From Strigamia acuminata (lineage: Eukaryota), in NCBI GenBank assembly GCA_949358305.1, contig OX442314.1, forward strand, positions 11,594,001 through 11,658,000: 64,000 bases of DNA, written 5' to 3'. Below the pieces are notes generated by a model that made no database searches, was not told the DNA's origin, and saw nothing but the letters and a program-made list of their open reading frames with translations. Shown one piece after another: positions 26,173-37,455 of this stretch (positions are counted from its first letter, which is position 1; each line of letters starts with the position of its first letter). Position numbers and translations under genes: made by a program.

Positions 26173-29100
26173 ATGGCCGCCAAGCAACAAGGAGCAGCTG
26201 CATCATCCGCATGGGGAATTGAGCCATTGGACAAACACAACTATGAGAAGTGGAAATTGGATGTCCAGTTTTTGTTGCAAGAATTAAACTTGTGGCAGTT
26301 CCATGATGGTACTGAACCTGTGCCAGACGCGGCAGCCAAGGAAGAAGTGAAAGCAAAGTTCAACAAACGAAAGGCAAAGGCACGGGGCGTATTATGCAAT
26401 AGTGTAGCAACACGTTTAAAACCGCCATTAGCGAAGTTGGACACATGCAAAGAAGTTTGGGACCATTTGAAGAAACTTTTTGAGCCAACATCTTTAGCAC
26501 GTAATGCGAGATTGCTTGAGAATTTTTATTCCATTAAAAGAGAAGAAAATGAAGATATGGATACATTTATTACGAGAGTACAAATGGCTGCAGATGAATT
26601 AACCAACATTAAAGCAGGACCAACGGATAAGGTTCAAGCTTATACATTGATTAACCGTGTTGGAAAGGATTTTGATGTGTTAATTCAATCCATATACCAA
26701 TGGGCGGAGGCAGACTTCACGTTTACAAAGGTGTCAGATGCATTGTTGGCAGAAAACGCCAGGCGACGGTTTATTTCTAATAAAGTTGTAAGTGACAGTG
26801 ATTCAAGTGCTTTAAGTGGTGTGCGGGACAATTCACAACGCAACAGCGGGAAATCCAGTCAACGTGGAAAAGGACAAGTTTCAACAAATGGTAAGAACAA
26901 TTCACTTATTTGTTATAATTGCCAAGAGAAGGGGCATTATGCTCGCAACTGTCCAAATCCTCGCGTGAAGCGAGTAGATTCCAAGAATGCTGAACGAGGT
27001 GGATTTAAAGGTGGAAAAGCACCAAGTCGTCGTGGGGCATTTTATGTAAATGTCTGGAATAATTCCCATGTTACTTTTAATTCTATTCTTTGTGATAGTG
27101 ATGCCTGGTTTGTCGATTCTGGCGCATCAGACCATATCTGCGGGAATCGGGCTTATTTTTCAAAGTTTGAAAATTTACAACCAACTAAATTGGAGTTGGG
27201 CGAAGGGACCGCAACAATTACAGGTCGGGGTGAAGTGTTGTTATGCACTAATGCACATGGAGTCGACTGCCAGGTACAACTAAAAGAAGTTTATTATGTT
27301 AAAGGTTTTAAAAGAAATTTAATTTCAAGTGCAAAGATAGACCGAGCTGGCTATCATAGTCACACTTTTGGTGGGGAACTGAAAGTTTATTCTGAAAATG
27401 ATGATGAATGTTTATTTTATGCACGTTTGCAATCAGATGGATTGTATAAAGTGTTGGGAAATGTGATACAAAATAAGGATGTAATTACAAATGAGTTAAT
27501 TAATGTGAATGTGTCTACTAATCAAATTAATTCAAATTGTACTAACAATAATGATGTTAAGAATGTGGATGCATTAAAGGAAAAGATTTCCAATTACACA
27601 GTGTCTTTAAAGATATGGCATAAGCGGTTTGCACACATGCATACACAGGGTTTACAAACATTATTAAATGATAATAGAGTAACGGGGTTAGATTATACCG
27701 GGACTTTAAAGGATTTTAAATGTGATGAATGCCGATTGGCTAAATCCACTCGATCTAATTATAAGTTGAGAAATGAACGTTTAAATAAGGAACCTCTTGC
27801 TTTAATTCATATGGACGTGTGGGGGTCTCCGGCGGAATCTTTAGGGGGTGCACATTATTTGTTGTGCATCATAGATGATGCCACACGTTTTTCTTGGGTT
27901 TATCCAATGAAGACCAAGAATGAGGTTTTTGGAATTTTTCAACGTTTCTTATCTAGAATGGAGCGCATGTATAATTACAAAATTAAGTCAGTTCGGACAG
28001 ATCGGGGTGGGGAGTTTTGTTCAAATGAATTTAATGAATTCCTCGAGTTGAAAGGGATCCAAGCGCAGCGTACAAATCCATATAGCCCCCAAATGGATGG
28101 CGTGGCCGAACGCCTAAACAGATCCATTTTTAACAATGTCCGAGCAATCTTAGAAGATACAAAATTACCGTGGAAATTATGGGCAGAAATTGCGGTATCG
28201 TACATTTATTTGAAAAACCGATATCCACATTTATTTGCAGGAGGGATAATTCCATATGTAGAGTTGCGAAAACGGAATGTGGCAGTGAAACACCTTAGAT
28301 CAATAGGTGCATTGTGTTTTGTGCACATTCCTGCCCCAAAACGGGATGGGAAACTTGATGTCAGAGCCTGGAAAGGCATTTTAGTGGGTTACGCATTCAC
28401 AACACGCGGGTACAGAGTGTGGAACCCAGCCACTAATGAAGTGGTTGAAACGAAACATCTTGTAATAGATGAGAATCGTGATTGGAAAACGTTTAAGAAT
28501 CCGGATGAAATTAATATACAGGCTATTGCAAATACAAACGGTTACGATTCAGATGAGAGCGATATATACCAAGGGGACTTTGAGGAAGATTTTACACCAC
28601 CAGGGTCGCCACCACCCAGCCCACCTCCAGTCCCTAAACAAAAGGCAATTGTTAAAGCAGAGCCGGTATTACCCGTGCAGGTCCCAATTCCCAAATTACA
28701 ACCGGTTCAAGGCACTGCAGATGAGAAAACGCGCCGAGCAGCCGTACGTGTGTCAATGAGAAATGGATGGGATCGCGAAATAGTAACAAGACAAGGGGGT
28801 GTAACCGGTGGACGAACAAACGTGCTATTTTATGATCCAAATGGTCAAGGCCCTTTTAGAAATAAAGGGACAATCGAGGCACATTGCAAAAAGTTCAGAT
28901 TATTTTACAAAGATGAAGATTTTGACTTTACACCAAATGTCAAACCAATTGGTACTCTTATAGAGTCAGATGATGAACAGGATGCGCAAGGTGCATCTGC
29001 GAATGTAGTCACGAAGCGGGTTACTGTTTATTGTGCCATTAAGGAACCCCATTCATATGAAGAGGCCATCGCATCGCCTCAGTCCAAAGACTGGTTTGCG

Positions 29101-30576
29101 GCGATGGACGAGGAAATTGATACATTAATTGAACGAGAAGTTTATGAAGAAGTTTCAAGACCTGTTGATACAAAAATTCTGGGACACAAATGGGTTTACA
29201 AATTGAAAGAAGATGAAGACGGGAAAATAGCGAGGTACAAAGCGCGCATTGTCGCGCAGGGATTTAAACAAAGAGAGGGAATAGATTACAAAGAAGTATT
29301 TTCCCCAGTTGTCAACTTTACCCTAATCAGGCTGTTTTTCTGTTTGTTGGTCGTGTTGTGGGGGTGGTGCGACGCACACCTTGATGTAAAGTGTGCCTAC
29401 CTCTACGGGAAGTTAGATGTCCCAATTCATATGGAAATACCCAGGGGATATGCAACGTCCAAGGGAGATAATGTGTGGCTATTGTACAAAGCCCTTTACG
29501 GGTTACACCAATCCGGAAGGATGTGGTACAACGAACTAAACCAAACACTTCTGGATTTGGGATTTAATCGAATCGATGGCTGTAATTGTGTATATACATT
29601 ACGAGGAGATGCGATTCTTTTGATTTACGTGGACGATATCGTCTTGTTTGCGAGGACCAAAGAAATAAAGCAAGAGGTTATTAACATGATACGGTCAAAA
29701 TTTAACATAGTGGATTTAGGACAAATTTCTAAACTTTTGGGCGTAAAATTTAACCGTGAAGGGAATACAATTCGTTTACATCAAAGGGATTATATCCAAA
29801 AATTGGGTGAAAAATATGGACTGACAGTTAATGATGCGACGAGAGTCCCAGTATCAGTTGGTACAACATTTTACGATTCAAATACATGGGTGCAAGATCA
29901 GTCTTTCCCTTACAGATCGTTAATTGGTAGTTTGATGTTCCTGGCGTCACGAACACGCCCGGACATCCTTTATGCAACCACATATATGTCGCAATACAAT
30001 AACAATTATGGTCAAAAACATATTAAGGCTGTGTTGCAAATAGCGCAATATGTGCTCAATACACAAGATTATTGTATCGACTTGAGTCGTTGTGAGGATG
30101 ACAAGTTATGTATATATACGGACGCTTCCTGGGCTTCGGACTTAAGCCACTGCAAAAGTTTTGGGGGATTTGCCCTATACATGGGTCAAACATTAATTAG
30201 CTGGGGTTGTCGAAAACAGAGTTTGGTGGCTTGCAGCTCGATGGAAGCCGAATATATGGCTATGGTACACGCAGCCCAGGAAAAGTACTGGATCTCAAAC
30301 ATATTTGAAAATTGTAACTTATTGAGATATGTGAATTTACCGATTATATTGTCTGATTCATTATCGTCCATTAATTTTGTTGAGAACGATTTGGAAAACT
30401 CAAAGACAAAGCATGTTAGAATCCGGTATTGTTTTTTGAGGGATTGGTTCGAGAAGGGCTATTTCTCTGTTGAGAAAATACCATCGGAACAGAATATAGC
30501 TGATGTGTTTACAAAGTGGTTGACGGGGAGTCGATTGAACATGCTTTGTCACAAACTTTTTGATACTTTAGATTGA
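26173..30576 (+). CDS. Copia gag-pol polyprotein, 1467 aa (Gag CCHC, protease, integrase, MBD-like, RT, RNase H)
   Basis: CYNCQEKGHYARNC; WFVDSGAS; WHKRFAH..CDEC; HMDVWG / RTDRGGEF / GVAERLNR; YGLHQSGR, LIYVDD; YTDASWA..MEAEY..ADVFTK. Integrase precedes RT, which is the Copia order. Confidence 0.97.
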   Translation: MAAKQQGAAASSAWGIEPLDKHNYEKWKLDVQFLLQELNLWQFHDGTEPVPDAAAKEEVKAKFNKRKAKARGVLCNSVATRLKPPLAKLDTCKEVWDHLKKLFEPTSLARNARLLENFYSIKREENEDMDTFITRVQMAADELTNIKAGPTDKVQAYTLINRVGKDFDVLIQSIYQWAEADFTFTKVSDALLAENARRRFISNKVVSDSDSSALSGVRDNSQRNSGKSSQRGKGQVSTNGKNNSLICYNCQEKGHYARNCPNPRVKRVDSKNAERGGFKGGKAPSRRGAFYVNVWNNSHVTFNSILCDSDAWFVDSGASDHICGNRAYFSKFENLQPTKLELGEGTATITGRGEVLLCTNAHGVDCQVQLKEVYYVKGFKRNLISSAKIDRAGYHSHTFGGELKVYSENDDECLFYARLQSDGLYKVLGNVIQNKDVITNELINVNVSTNQINSNCTNNNDVKNVDALKEKISNYTVSLKIWHKRFAHMHTQGLQTLLNDNRVTGLDYTGTLKDFKCDECRLAKSTRSNYKLRNERLNKEPLALIHMDVWGSPAESLGGAHYLLCIIDDATRFSWVYPMKTKNEVFGIFQRFLSRMERMYNYKIKSVRTDRGGEFCSNEFNEFLELKGIQAQRTNPYSPQMDGVAERLNRSIFNNVRAILEDTKLPWKLWAEIAVSYIYLKNRYPHLFAGGIIPYVELRKRNVAVKHLRSIGALCFVHIPAPKRDGKLDVRAWKGILVGYAFTTRGYRVWNPATNEVVETKHLVIDENRDWKTFKNPDEINIQAIANTNGYDSDESDIYQGDFEEDFTPPGSPPPSPPPVPKQKAIVKAEPVLPVQVPIPKLQPVQGTADEKTRRAAVRVSMRNGWDREIVTRQGGVTGGRTNVLFYDPNGQGPFRNKGTIEAHCKKFRLFYKDEDFDFTPNVKPIGTLIESDDEQDAQGASANVVTKRVTVYCAIKEPHSYEEAIASPQSKDWFAAMDEEIDTLIEREVYEEVSRPVDTKILGHKWVYKLKEDEDGKIARYKARIVAQGFKQREGIDYKEVFSPVVNFTLIRLFFCLLVVLWGWCDAHLDVKCAYLYGKLDVPIHMEIPRGYATSKGDNVWLLYKALYGLHQSGRMWYNELNQTLLDLGFNRIDGCNCVYTLRGDAILLIYVDDIVLFARTKEIKQEVINMIRSKFNIVDLGQISKLLGVKFNREGNTIRLHQRDYIQKLGEKYGLTVNDATRVPVSVGTTFYDSNTWVQDQSFPYRSLIGSLMFLASRTRPDILYATTYMSQYNNNYGQKHIKAVLQIAQYVLNTQDYCIDLSRCEDDKLCIYTDASWASDLSHCKSFGGFALYMGQTLISWGCRKQSLVACSSMEAEYMAMVHAAQEKYWISNIFENCNLLRYVNLPIILSDSLSSINFVENDLENSKTKHVRIRYCFLRDWFEKGYFSVEKIPSEQNIADVFTKWLTGSRLNMLCHKLFDTLD

Positions 30577-30610
30577 ATAGTTATGCCCTGCACAACGTTG
30601 AGGGGGTGAT

Positions 30611-31269
30611 TGATGTAATTTGGTTCACCGTTGTGCATGACAAATGCATTTTTTTTAGGCGAAGTGTATTTGTACGTAGTGTGTCATTCCATTCGTATGG
30701 CGGCGCCACATGTTCTTCACATTGGTATATAAGATTTGTCCTGTGTGTGGTTTCATGTGCCGTCGTTTTACCATGAGGAATGATCATGTGTTTTTCTTTT
30801 TCTTTATTGGTTTGTATTAATAGCATAAAATGCAAAGTTATGTAAATTACATACATACAGGAAATAAATCTGGGTCATTTTTGTTTAAAAGTTAAACTGT
30901 GTGGATGTTGTGTTTGTGCTCTCTCTAAACACCATTATTTTAGATACATACAACTGAGGACATACAGACATTTTTGCCAGGACTAGATTCCCAACTTCAC
31001 CATGAATACTAATGAGTTTATTAGTATTCAGTCTCTTTTCAACTAGGCCTATACAACATTGCATTAGGACTTTTTCAACGGTGCAACAATTGATTACAGT
31101 GAGTTAATATATATGAACAGTTTATTTATTTTCGACTTTCTTTTGAAATTGAATTCACGTGCATTGACCGAATTGACGTGCGACAACTATCGTGTGTACC
31201 GTCGAGTTGTGTTACGGGAAATAACACCTACATGGCCATTCAACAAGGATTCCATATTGTGGTATAACA
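30611..31269 (+). repeat. 3' LTR of Copia 1
   Basis: Direct repeat of 25451-26109. Preceded by the purine tract gagggggtg and followed by TSD ATTAC. Confidence 0.97.
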
Positions 31270-31553
31270 ATTACTTGGGTTCCAGAGTAAGGTTTGAACA
31301 GGCTAATCACCAAGTGTAGTGCTACACCTTTTTACTCAGCCTATTTGCATGAAAAATAAACTCTCTCAGCCAACAAAGTTCTACTTTGACAATGTCATTG
31401 TTAGTTAACTCTAGCTTATGGAGCAAAATGCTTAGAAATGGTTAAAGAACTACTTGTAATTTATATCTCACATAATTAATTTTAAAATTGGTGAGTATGT
31501 TAATTAGTACCTTCCCCTTGTCAGTCAGATTCAATATTACAGACATCTTCTAA

Positions 31554-31825
31554 GGGGGGGTCCATAAATTACATAACATAAAATTTGGAATTTTTAAACC
31601 CCCTCTCCCCTCTGTAACATGGTTGTAACAAATTCCCAAACCCTCCATAATTACATAACAAAACTGAAATCTCCCCCAAATTTTCCAAAAATCATACAAA
31701 AAAAAATTCTATTTTGATTATTTATAATTTAAAATTTTTGTTTACATGGAACGTAACAAAATTTGAAAGCCCCCCTCTCCCCCTCCCCCCCTTGGTGCGT
31801 TACGTAATTTATGAAAGGCCCCTCC
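31554..31825. mobile_element. PIF/Harbinger-type MITE
   Basis: Imperfect TIRs ggggtccataaattacataac / gttacgtaatttatgaaaggcccc and a TAA TSD. It is absent from the paralogous empty site at ~23020-23035. Confidence 0.75.
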
Positions 31826-32702
31826 TAATAATGGCCAAATAAAGTGGACGTTTGGAAAGATGGTCTCCTAATACAGGTGGTCACTGTGTGTTATACTGTA
31901 TAGAATTAGGAGGAGCCTTGTTATAACATTATTTGTTGTAAAACCTCGAAAAATAGCTAATTTCACTCATTTTTAACCTAAGTTCACTAGATTGCTAATT
32001 TAACTTAGGGACTGTTCTTAAATTACGTAACGCAAATTTTGGGAATTTTATAGACGCCTTCCCTTGTAGACCCATAGAAAAAAAAAACTTCCCTTAAATA
32101 CAGTAACTGCATTCAAAAATAAAAATAACAATTTTAGTTTAAGTGAATTTTAAGTCTTAAGATCAGTTTAAACAAGAAATGATGTCATTTTTGATTTAAA
32201 TTGAAGTAAAACAAAACATTTTAGTTTTTGAATGCAGCTAATACTGCCGTATTCGACGAGTGTACATGGCCATAACAAAAGCCCCCCCCCCCCCCCCACC
32301 CACCCCCAAAGAAAATTACATAATTAAACTAAAAACACCTCCTCGCCCAATTCAAAAATCATAATACAATGTGCATATTTTTTTAAATATTAAAATATTT
32401 ACATTTTTTTCATGTTACATAACATTATTGAATAGTAGTATAAAAATAATAGAGAAATGAATTTTTTGGCGAAAAATGATGTTTTTTTTCTGTGATCAGG
32501 CACAGATGCCATCTGGCAATTATGCTATCAGCTGTAAAAATTAATTAAATAATTGACTAATTAATTAAGCTAATACCATATAAATAAACATCCATAAATA
32601 CATTTTTATTTTCTCTTACCAAACCCAACCCACTTTGCATTGTGTCAACTTCCTAACCGCTAATTTCACTAGCTGCATTCAAAAATTAAAATAACAATTT
32701 TA

Positions 32703-32849
32703 TACTCTTTCCACACTCAAGAAACACCTCCCAAAGCTTGGCTCCCATTGGCCACCAATCAACTGCTGTACTAATCGTCAGCACTGCAGTTGATTGGTGG
32801 CCAATGGGAGCCAAGCTTTGGGAGGTGTTTCTTGAGTGTGGAAAGAGTA
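32703..32849. mobile_element. Hairpin MITE with perfect 64-bp TIRs and TA TSD, nested in another MITE
   Basis: tactctttccacactc...aactgc / gcagtt...gtggaaagagta with a 19-nt spacer. The empty site caattttagtttaag is seen at 23331. Confidence 0.88.
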
Positions 32850-33278
32850 TAGTTTAAGTGTTTTTTTTTCGTTTTAACATGGGTTTAAACAGGAAATGAT
32901 GTAATTTTTGGTTTAAAATTGAAGTAAAACACAAAATATTTTAGTTTTTGAATGCAGCTACTGATTTTTAACCTAAGTTTACTTGATTGCTAATTTAACA
33001 CAGATGCCATCTGGCAATTATGCTATCAGCTATAAAAATTAATTAATTAATTAATTGCCTAATTAATTAAGCTAATACCATATAAATAAACATCCATAAA
33101 TACATTTTTATTTTCTCTTACCAAACCCAACCCACTTTGCATTGTGTCAACTTCCTATTGGTGATTGATCAAGAAATATTCAAAAAAGTTTGTAAGCTTA
33201 CAACGTATGCGTTTACACATTAGTCATTCAAAAATTGAATTTCGCAAAAATACCGTCGATTCATTCCAGTTTTCTAAC

Positions 33279-33725
33279 ATGTTGCTGTACATTTTCGCAG
33301 CTATTGCTATTGCGTCCTCAATAACTACAGCAAAGGTAAACTAAATGTGTTTTTCAACTTTGAAACTGTAAAAACTAAAATACCTACACATAATATACTT
33401 TTATTTTAGAAGTGCTTCGATGAAGATAAGTTGATTGAAAAGGTTGAGTTTCATTACTTACCAGAATAATTAAATTATTGTTTAAAAAAAATTATTTTAA
33501 GAGTGAACCGGTCCGTACGAAATGCCAAGCTTTCGCTAATAGTTTGAAGGATGAGAAGGATTTTGTAAGCAAATTTTATATAAGACTTATTTCTTATTGC
33601 GTTATATTAACAAGTAAGTGTTTATTTAATTGTTTCAGGATTGTGACTTTGCTCATTTCATCTTTCAAGTTTGTCATAATAGAGCATTGGGCATAGTATG
33701 GTGTAGTCAAGTTTTCAGTAATTGA
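33279..33725 (+). CDS. Putative small secreted Cys-containing peptide, 79 aa, 4 coding exons (33279-33335, 33410-33442, 33502-33564, 33639-33725)
   Basis: Three phase-0 GT-AG introns (74, 59, 74 nt) join into MLLYIFAAIAIASSITTAK-KCFDEDKLIEK-SEPVRTKCQAFANSLKDEKDF-DCDFAHFIFQVCHNRALGIVWCSQVFSN*. The N-terminus is signal-peptide-like. TATAAATA at 33081, a possible 5'UTR intron at 33192-33269, AATAAA at 33768. Confidence 0.65.
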
Positions 33726-34421
33726 TGTGTTTATGTCTTATGGTTTCATTCCATTTTTATGCAGAATAATAAATACGAGATAATTGATCATGCAAAATTC
33801 GTAAATTTATTAGAATCCCTTTCCACCAATGCCGTGAGTATTAGATTAGATACGCTCAAAGTTTCCGTTTGAGGTCCATTCAATAACTTTTTGTTTAAAT
33901 TTTCGTCTCAAACGAATCTTTAGACGAAAAGTTTTGTTTCTGAATGCAATCGTTTATTTGGTAAATAAACGATTGCTTCACTGCAATTCCAGATCAAGTT
34001 CCAGGTCATCTTCACACTGCAAGTCGCATACGTTTATTTTTTTCTAGTCCTAATAATTACTGAAGTGGTGTTTAATATTGTTGTTTACTCATAACAATTT
34101 AACAACTGCTGCAAAATTGTACTTACAGTATAGATCGCCGATCGTCGCAATCGATCTAACAAAAATCCAAGATGGCAGCCAAAATGTGTGATTTGAACAT
34201 GAAAACTCGTTACACGGAAATTTAAACGACCTTAATCGATCTATTTAGCCATATTTAGCACATGGTACATAAAAATTCCTTTTCTTTCATTTAACTAACG
34301 AATTGTGGTTGTGGCCGCCTTATCTAAACATAATTTAGCATTTACTCGCATTTTGAGGGGTGGATGCTTCGCCTGACTGTGTTTATGACATTTAAAAGTC
34401 AGATTCGTCGATCGAACTATC

Positions 34422-36378
34422 TAGTTTTACACACGGGAGAGATCGCCGCCACCAATCACAGCTCACCTCCCATTCAGCCAATCCCGGAGCTCCGTCTATT
34501 TTCACCACCAGACCGCGCGAAATTCAATTTCGCCATTTTAATTTCCGAAAAGCGTGCCGTACTGTTTGAAATCGACGATACAAGGTAAAATATATTATAT
34601 TTTCGATTTTTTTTCATAATTTTTCACTTTTTTTTATGTTTTTTATGTTTTTGATGTTTTGAGTGAAATTGAAGGGATTTTTATTGGTTTTTGGTTAAAT
34701 TTTGGTGGTGAAATGAGCAAAAATTGATCAAATTTTGATCGTTTTGGTGAATTTTTGCGATGTATTCGCAGATAATTGATAAAATGACGGAAAAAATGCA
34801 GAAAAAGATTTAAATTTGGTTATTGATTTGTAATAACCAAAAATATTTACATTTGTAGTTGAGAAAAAGACTTAAACCCCGTTAAAAAAAATATAAAACA
34901 ATCAAATTTTGATGAATTTTTAACATTATCGATTAAAAAATCCAAAAAAGAAATCGAATTTGATGAATTTTTAAAATATTTCTATTGATCATTGATAAAA
35001 CAACTCCAAAAATGCACAGAAAAAGAAATATAAAAAATCGTTGAATTTTGATAAAAACATTGACTTATTCCAAAAACCAATTTTTGAAACAAAATACTAA
35101 TAGATTTTAGAGTAAAAAATTCGATTTTTCAAAGGAAATGTACGAATTTTAAAAAGAAACAAAATACCAATAGATTTTAGAGTGAAAAATTCGATTTTTC
35201 AAGTGAAATGTTCGAATTTTAAAAAGAAATACAATACCAATAGATTTTTGAGTGAAAAATTCGATTTTTCAAGGAAAATGTACGACTTTTTAAGAGAAAT
35301 GTACCAATTTTCAAGGAAAATGTACGAATCTTTAAGAGAAATGTACCAATTTTCAAGGAAAATGTACGAAATTTCAAGGAAACTGTATGAATTTTGAATG
35401 GAAATTTTTTTTTATGAAATGTTTGATTATTTGATGCTTTATTCGATTTAATTCATGATATTTACCATTTTTTGATTACATTTTTTAAGTTTTCATAATA
35501 TTTTCGACTTTTTGAAAGGAAATATTTGATTGCAATTCAAATTTCTTGAAATTTGTGAATGTTCGAACGGATGCAAAGGCAGCTCGACACAATTTCAATT
35601 AAAATTTCTTGGATTTCAATTAAAATTTCTTGAATTTCAATTAAAATTTGTTTAAACTGAATTCAATTTGTTGAAACACAACACCCATCTGACAAATTTG
35701 TTGAAAACCAGTAGTGTTTTGAATTTCAAAGTTTCCAGGTATTTAATTAAAATCTTTACACTTATCTTAACAAATCGCAACAGATTGCCCGACACAATAG
35801 TGGCGGTTTTTCTTCAACTTTTGTTGCAAAATTAAGTAATGGCAACAACATGAGTTAGTTACTTCTACCCGTCGCTTTGCAACTAACTTTTAGATTTTTT
35901 TGAAAGGAGATATTTTTTTTTTAGTTTTGACAAATGGCTTTATCAAATAACTTCGAATTCATGGGTGATAGTTTTATGGTTCGTTTGTACAAACATATGA
36001 CTGGAAAAACACTTGGTATGTATGGTTTATTAAAATTAATTTTGAAGATAACAAATTATTTGTTTACGAAAAAATTCTCTTGCTAAATCTGGAAATAATA
36101 TAGCACAGACTCTGGAGTTAGCCAAACATACTAACTTAAATGGTAAAAACTTGATATTATTAATTGGAGCAAATGATACAAAAAATGTAAGTAAAAGCTG
36201 AAGTTTACTACTTTTAGATTGGTGTTTAATATATTCTTAATGTTTAATGCAGGGCACGACTGTGGATAAATTAAAAGAAAAAATAATTCCTCTTCTGTAT
36301 GAGCTAGGGTCAAAGTGCAGTAATGTAATAGTTCTCACTTTGCCACCATTAGCTTGCTTAGGGAATAATAGATTCCTA
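34422..36378 (+). repeat. Left inverted arm (~1.96 kb) with internal ~70-bp and ~21-bp tandem repeats
   Basis: Near-identical reverse complement of 37937-38111 + 49216-50932. The ~70-bp unit near 35088-35290 has 3 copies here and 2 in the right arm. Confidence 0.93.
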
Positions 36379-36790
36379 AGCACAGTAATCAATTACAATA
36401 AATGGCTTGTTTCACTGGATGGTACTTCTAATGGTGAGTAAAATATTTTTGGATCAAATTAAGCATTACAAATATTATTTCTCTTAAACTTATATTCAAT
36501 TTTAATGGTGTCTATTATTAATTTTCAATAGGTGTGATATCAGTGCTTGATATAACTTCGGTATTTTTGGGAGGACATCGGAGTATAAATTTCAAAGCTT
36601 ACAAAAGGTAATTGCATAATTAAAAATATATATATAACAACATGCAGGCTTAATTTTATGTCAAATTGTTTTATTTAGAAAATATAATACAGGGAAAACC
36701 GATTTGGTACATTGGAGCCCGTGGGCAATGGATAAAATTTTACCCTTACTACGAGATGCCATTGATAAAAAAATAAAATTGAATAATTAA
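35934..36790 (+). CDS. Spliced SGNH/GDSL hydrolase-fold protein (OSK-domain-like), ~190 aa, 5 exons
   Basis: Exons 35934-36015 (FMGDSFM), ~36070-36186 (LAKSG..LLIGAND), 36253-36433 (VLTLPPL..NYNKWL), 36532-36607 (VLDIT), 36679-36790 (TDLVHWS..stop). Introns 2-4 are canonical and in phase. The intron 1 acceptor is uncertain: no AG at ~36068, with an in-frame alternative ending at 36103. Confidence 0.78.
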
Positions 36791-37125
36791 TAAACTTGTC
36801 TCACATTTATTAAACAAATTACAAAATTATGTCAAATGTTTATAGAAGAAGTCCTTTATTCTTTGTTTTTGTGTTTCTCTTTACTTTCTAATATTTTACT
36901 TTTGTTGCTTGGACTTTCATAAGAAGTGAATAGGTATCATTTTCATGTGTAATATTGTCTGTTATACATGTCTTAACAGTATTAATTCCAGATTTTAATT
37001 AAATACTAGAAATCACTTCATACAAGTTTTTTATCACAAGATTAATCATTTATCCTAACACTTCTCATGTCATGCAAGCCACATCAAAAATAAATTAATA
37101 CATAATAGAAATATAATAGAAATAT

Positions 37126-37366
37126 CCAAACCAAAAATTCACAAGAACAGTCAATGCAACAAGTTGTACAAGACTTATAATTTCCCTGCTTCACTGTATG
37201 TCACAGGCAATAAACAGACAGAAATCATAAGTCTGGTAGTAAAAGTCTTACAATTAATACCCAAACCAAAAATTCACAAAAACACTACAATGCAATAAGT
37301 TGTACAAGACTTATAATTTCCCTGCTTCACTGTATCTCACAGGCAATAAACAGACAGAAATCATAA
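37126..37366. repeat. Direct repeat (~105 bp x2, 135-bp period) between the two convergent cargo genes
   Basis: ccaaaccaaaaattcacaa...aaacagacagaaatcataa at 37126 and 37261. Confidence 0.85.
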
Positions 37367-37455
37367 CTCTAGACACCAAAAAATCAACTGCTTAACCATT
37401 TCCATACAATTCAAACTACGCATTCCCTAGCATACAATATCTGAAGTTTAAAACA

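Larger units (their letters stand above)
25451..31269 (+). mobile_element. Full-length Ty1/Copia LTR retrotransposon 1 (MBD-bearing)
   Basis: Two 659-bp TG...CA LTRs, 5-bp TSD ATTAC (25446-25450 / 31270-31274), PBS, PPT, and a single gag-PR-IN-RT-RH ORF. Confidence 0.98.

Noticed and set aside
32701..32851. Perfect hairpin as a miRNA gene or terminator
   Set aside because: The TA duplication and an empty paralogous site show it is a MITE insertion.
35182..35397. Repetitive 71-aa ORF and its mirror at 50027-50242
   Set aside because: It is a translation of the subterminal tandem repeats in the transposon arms.
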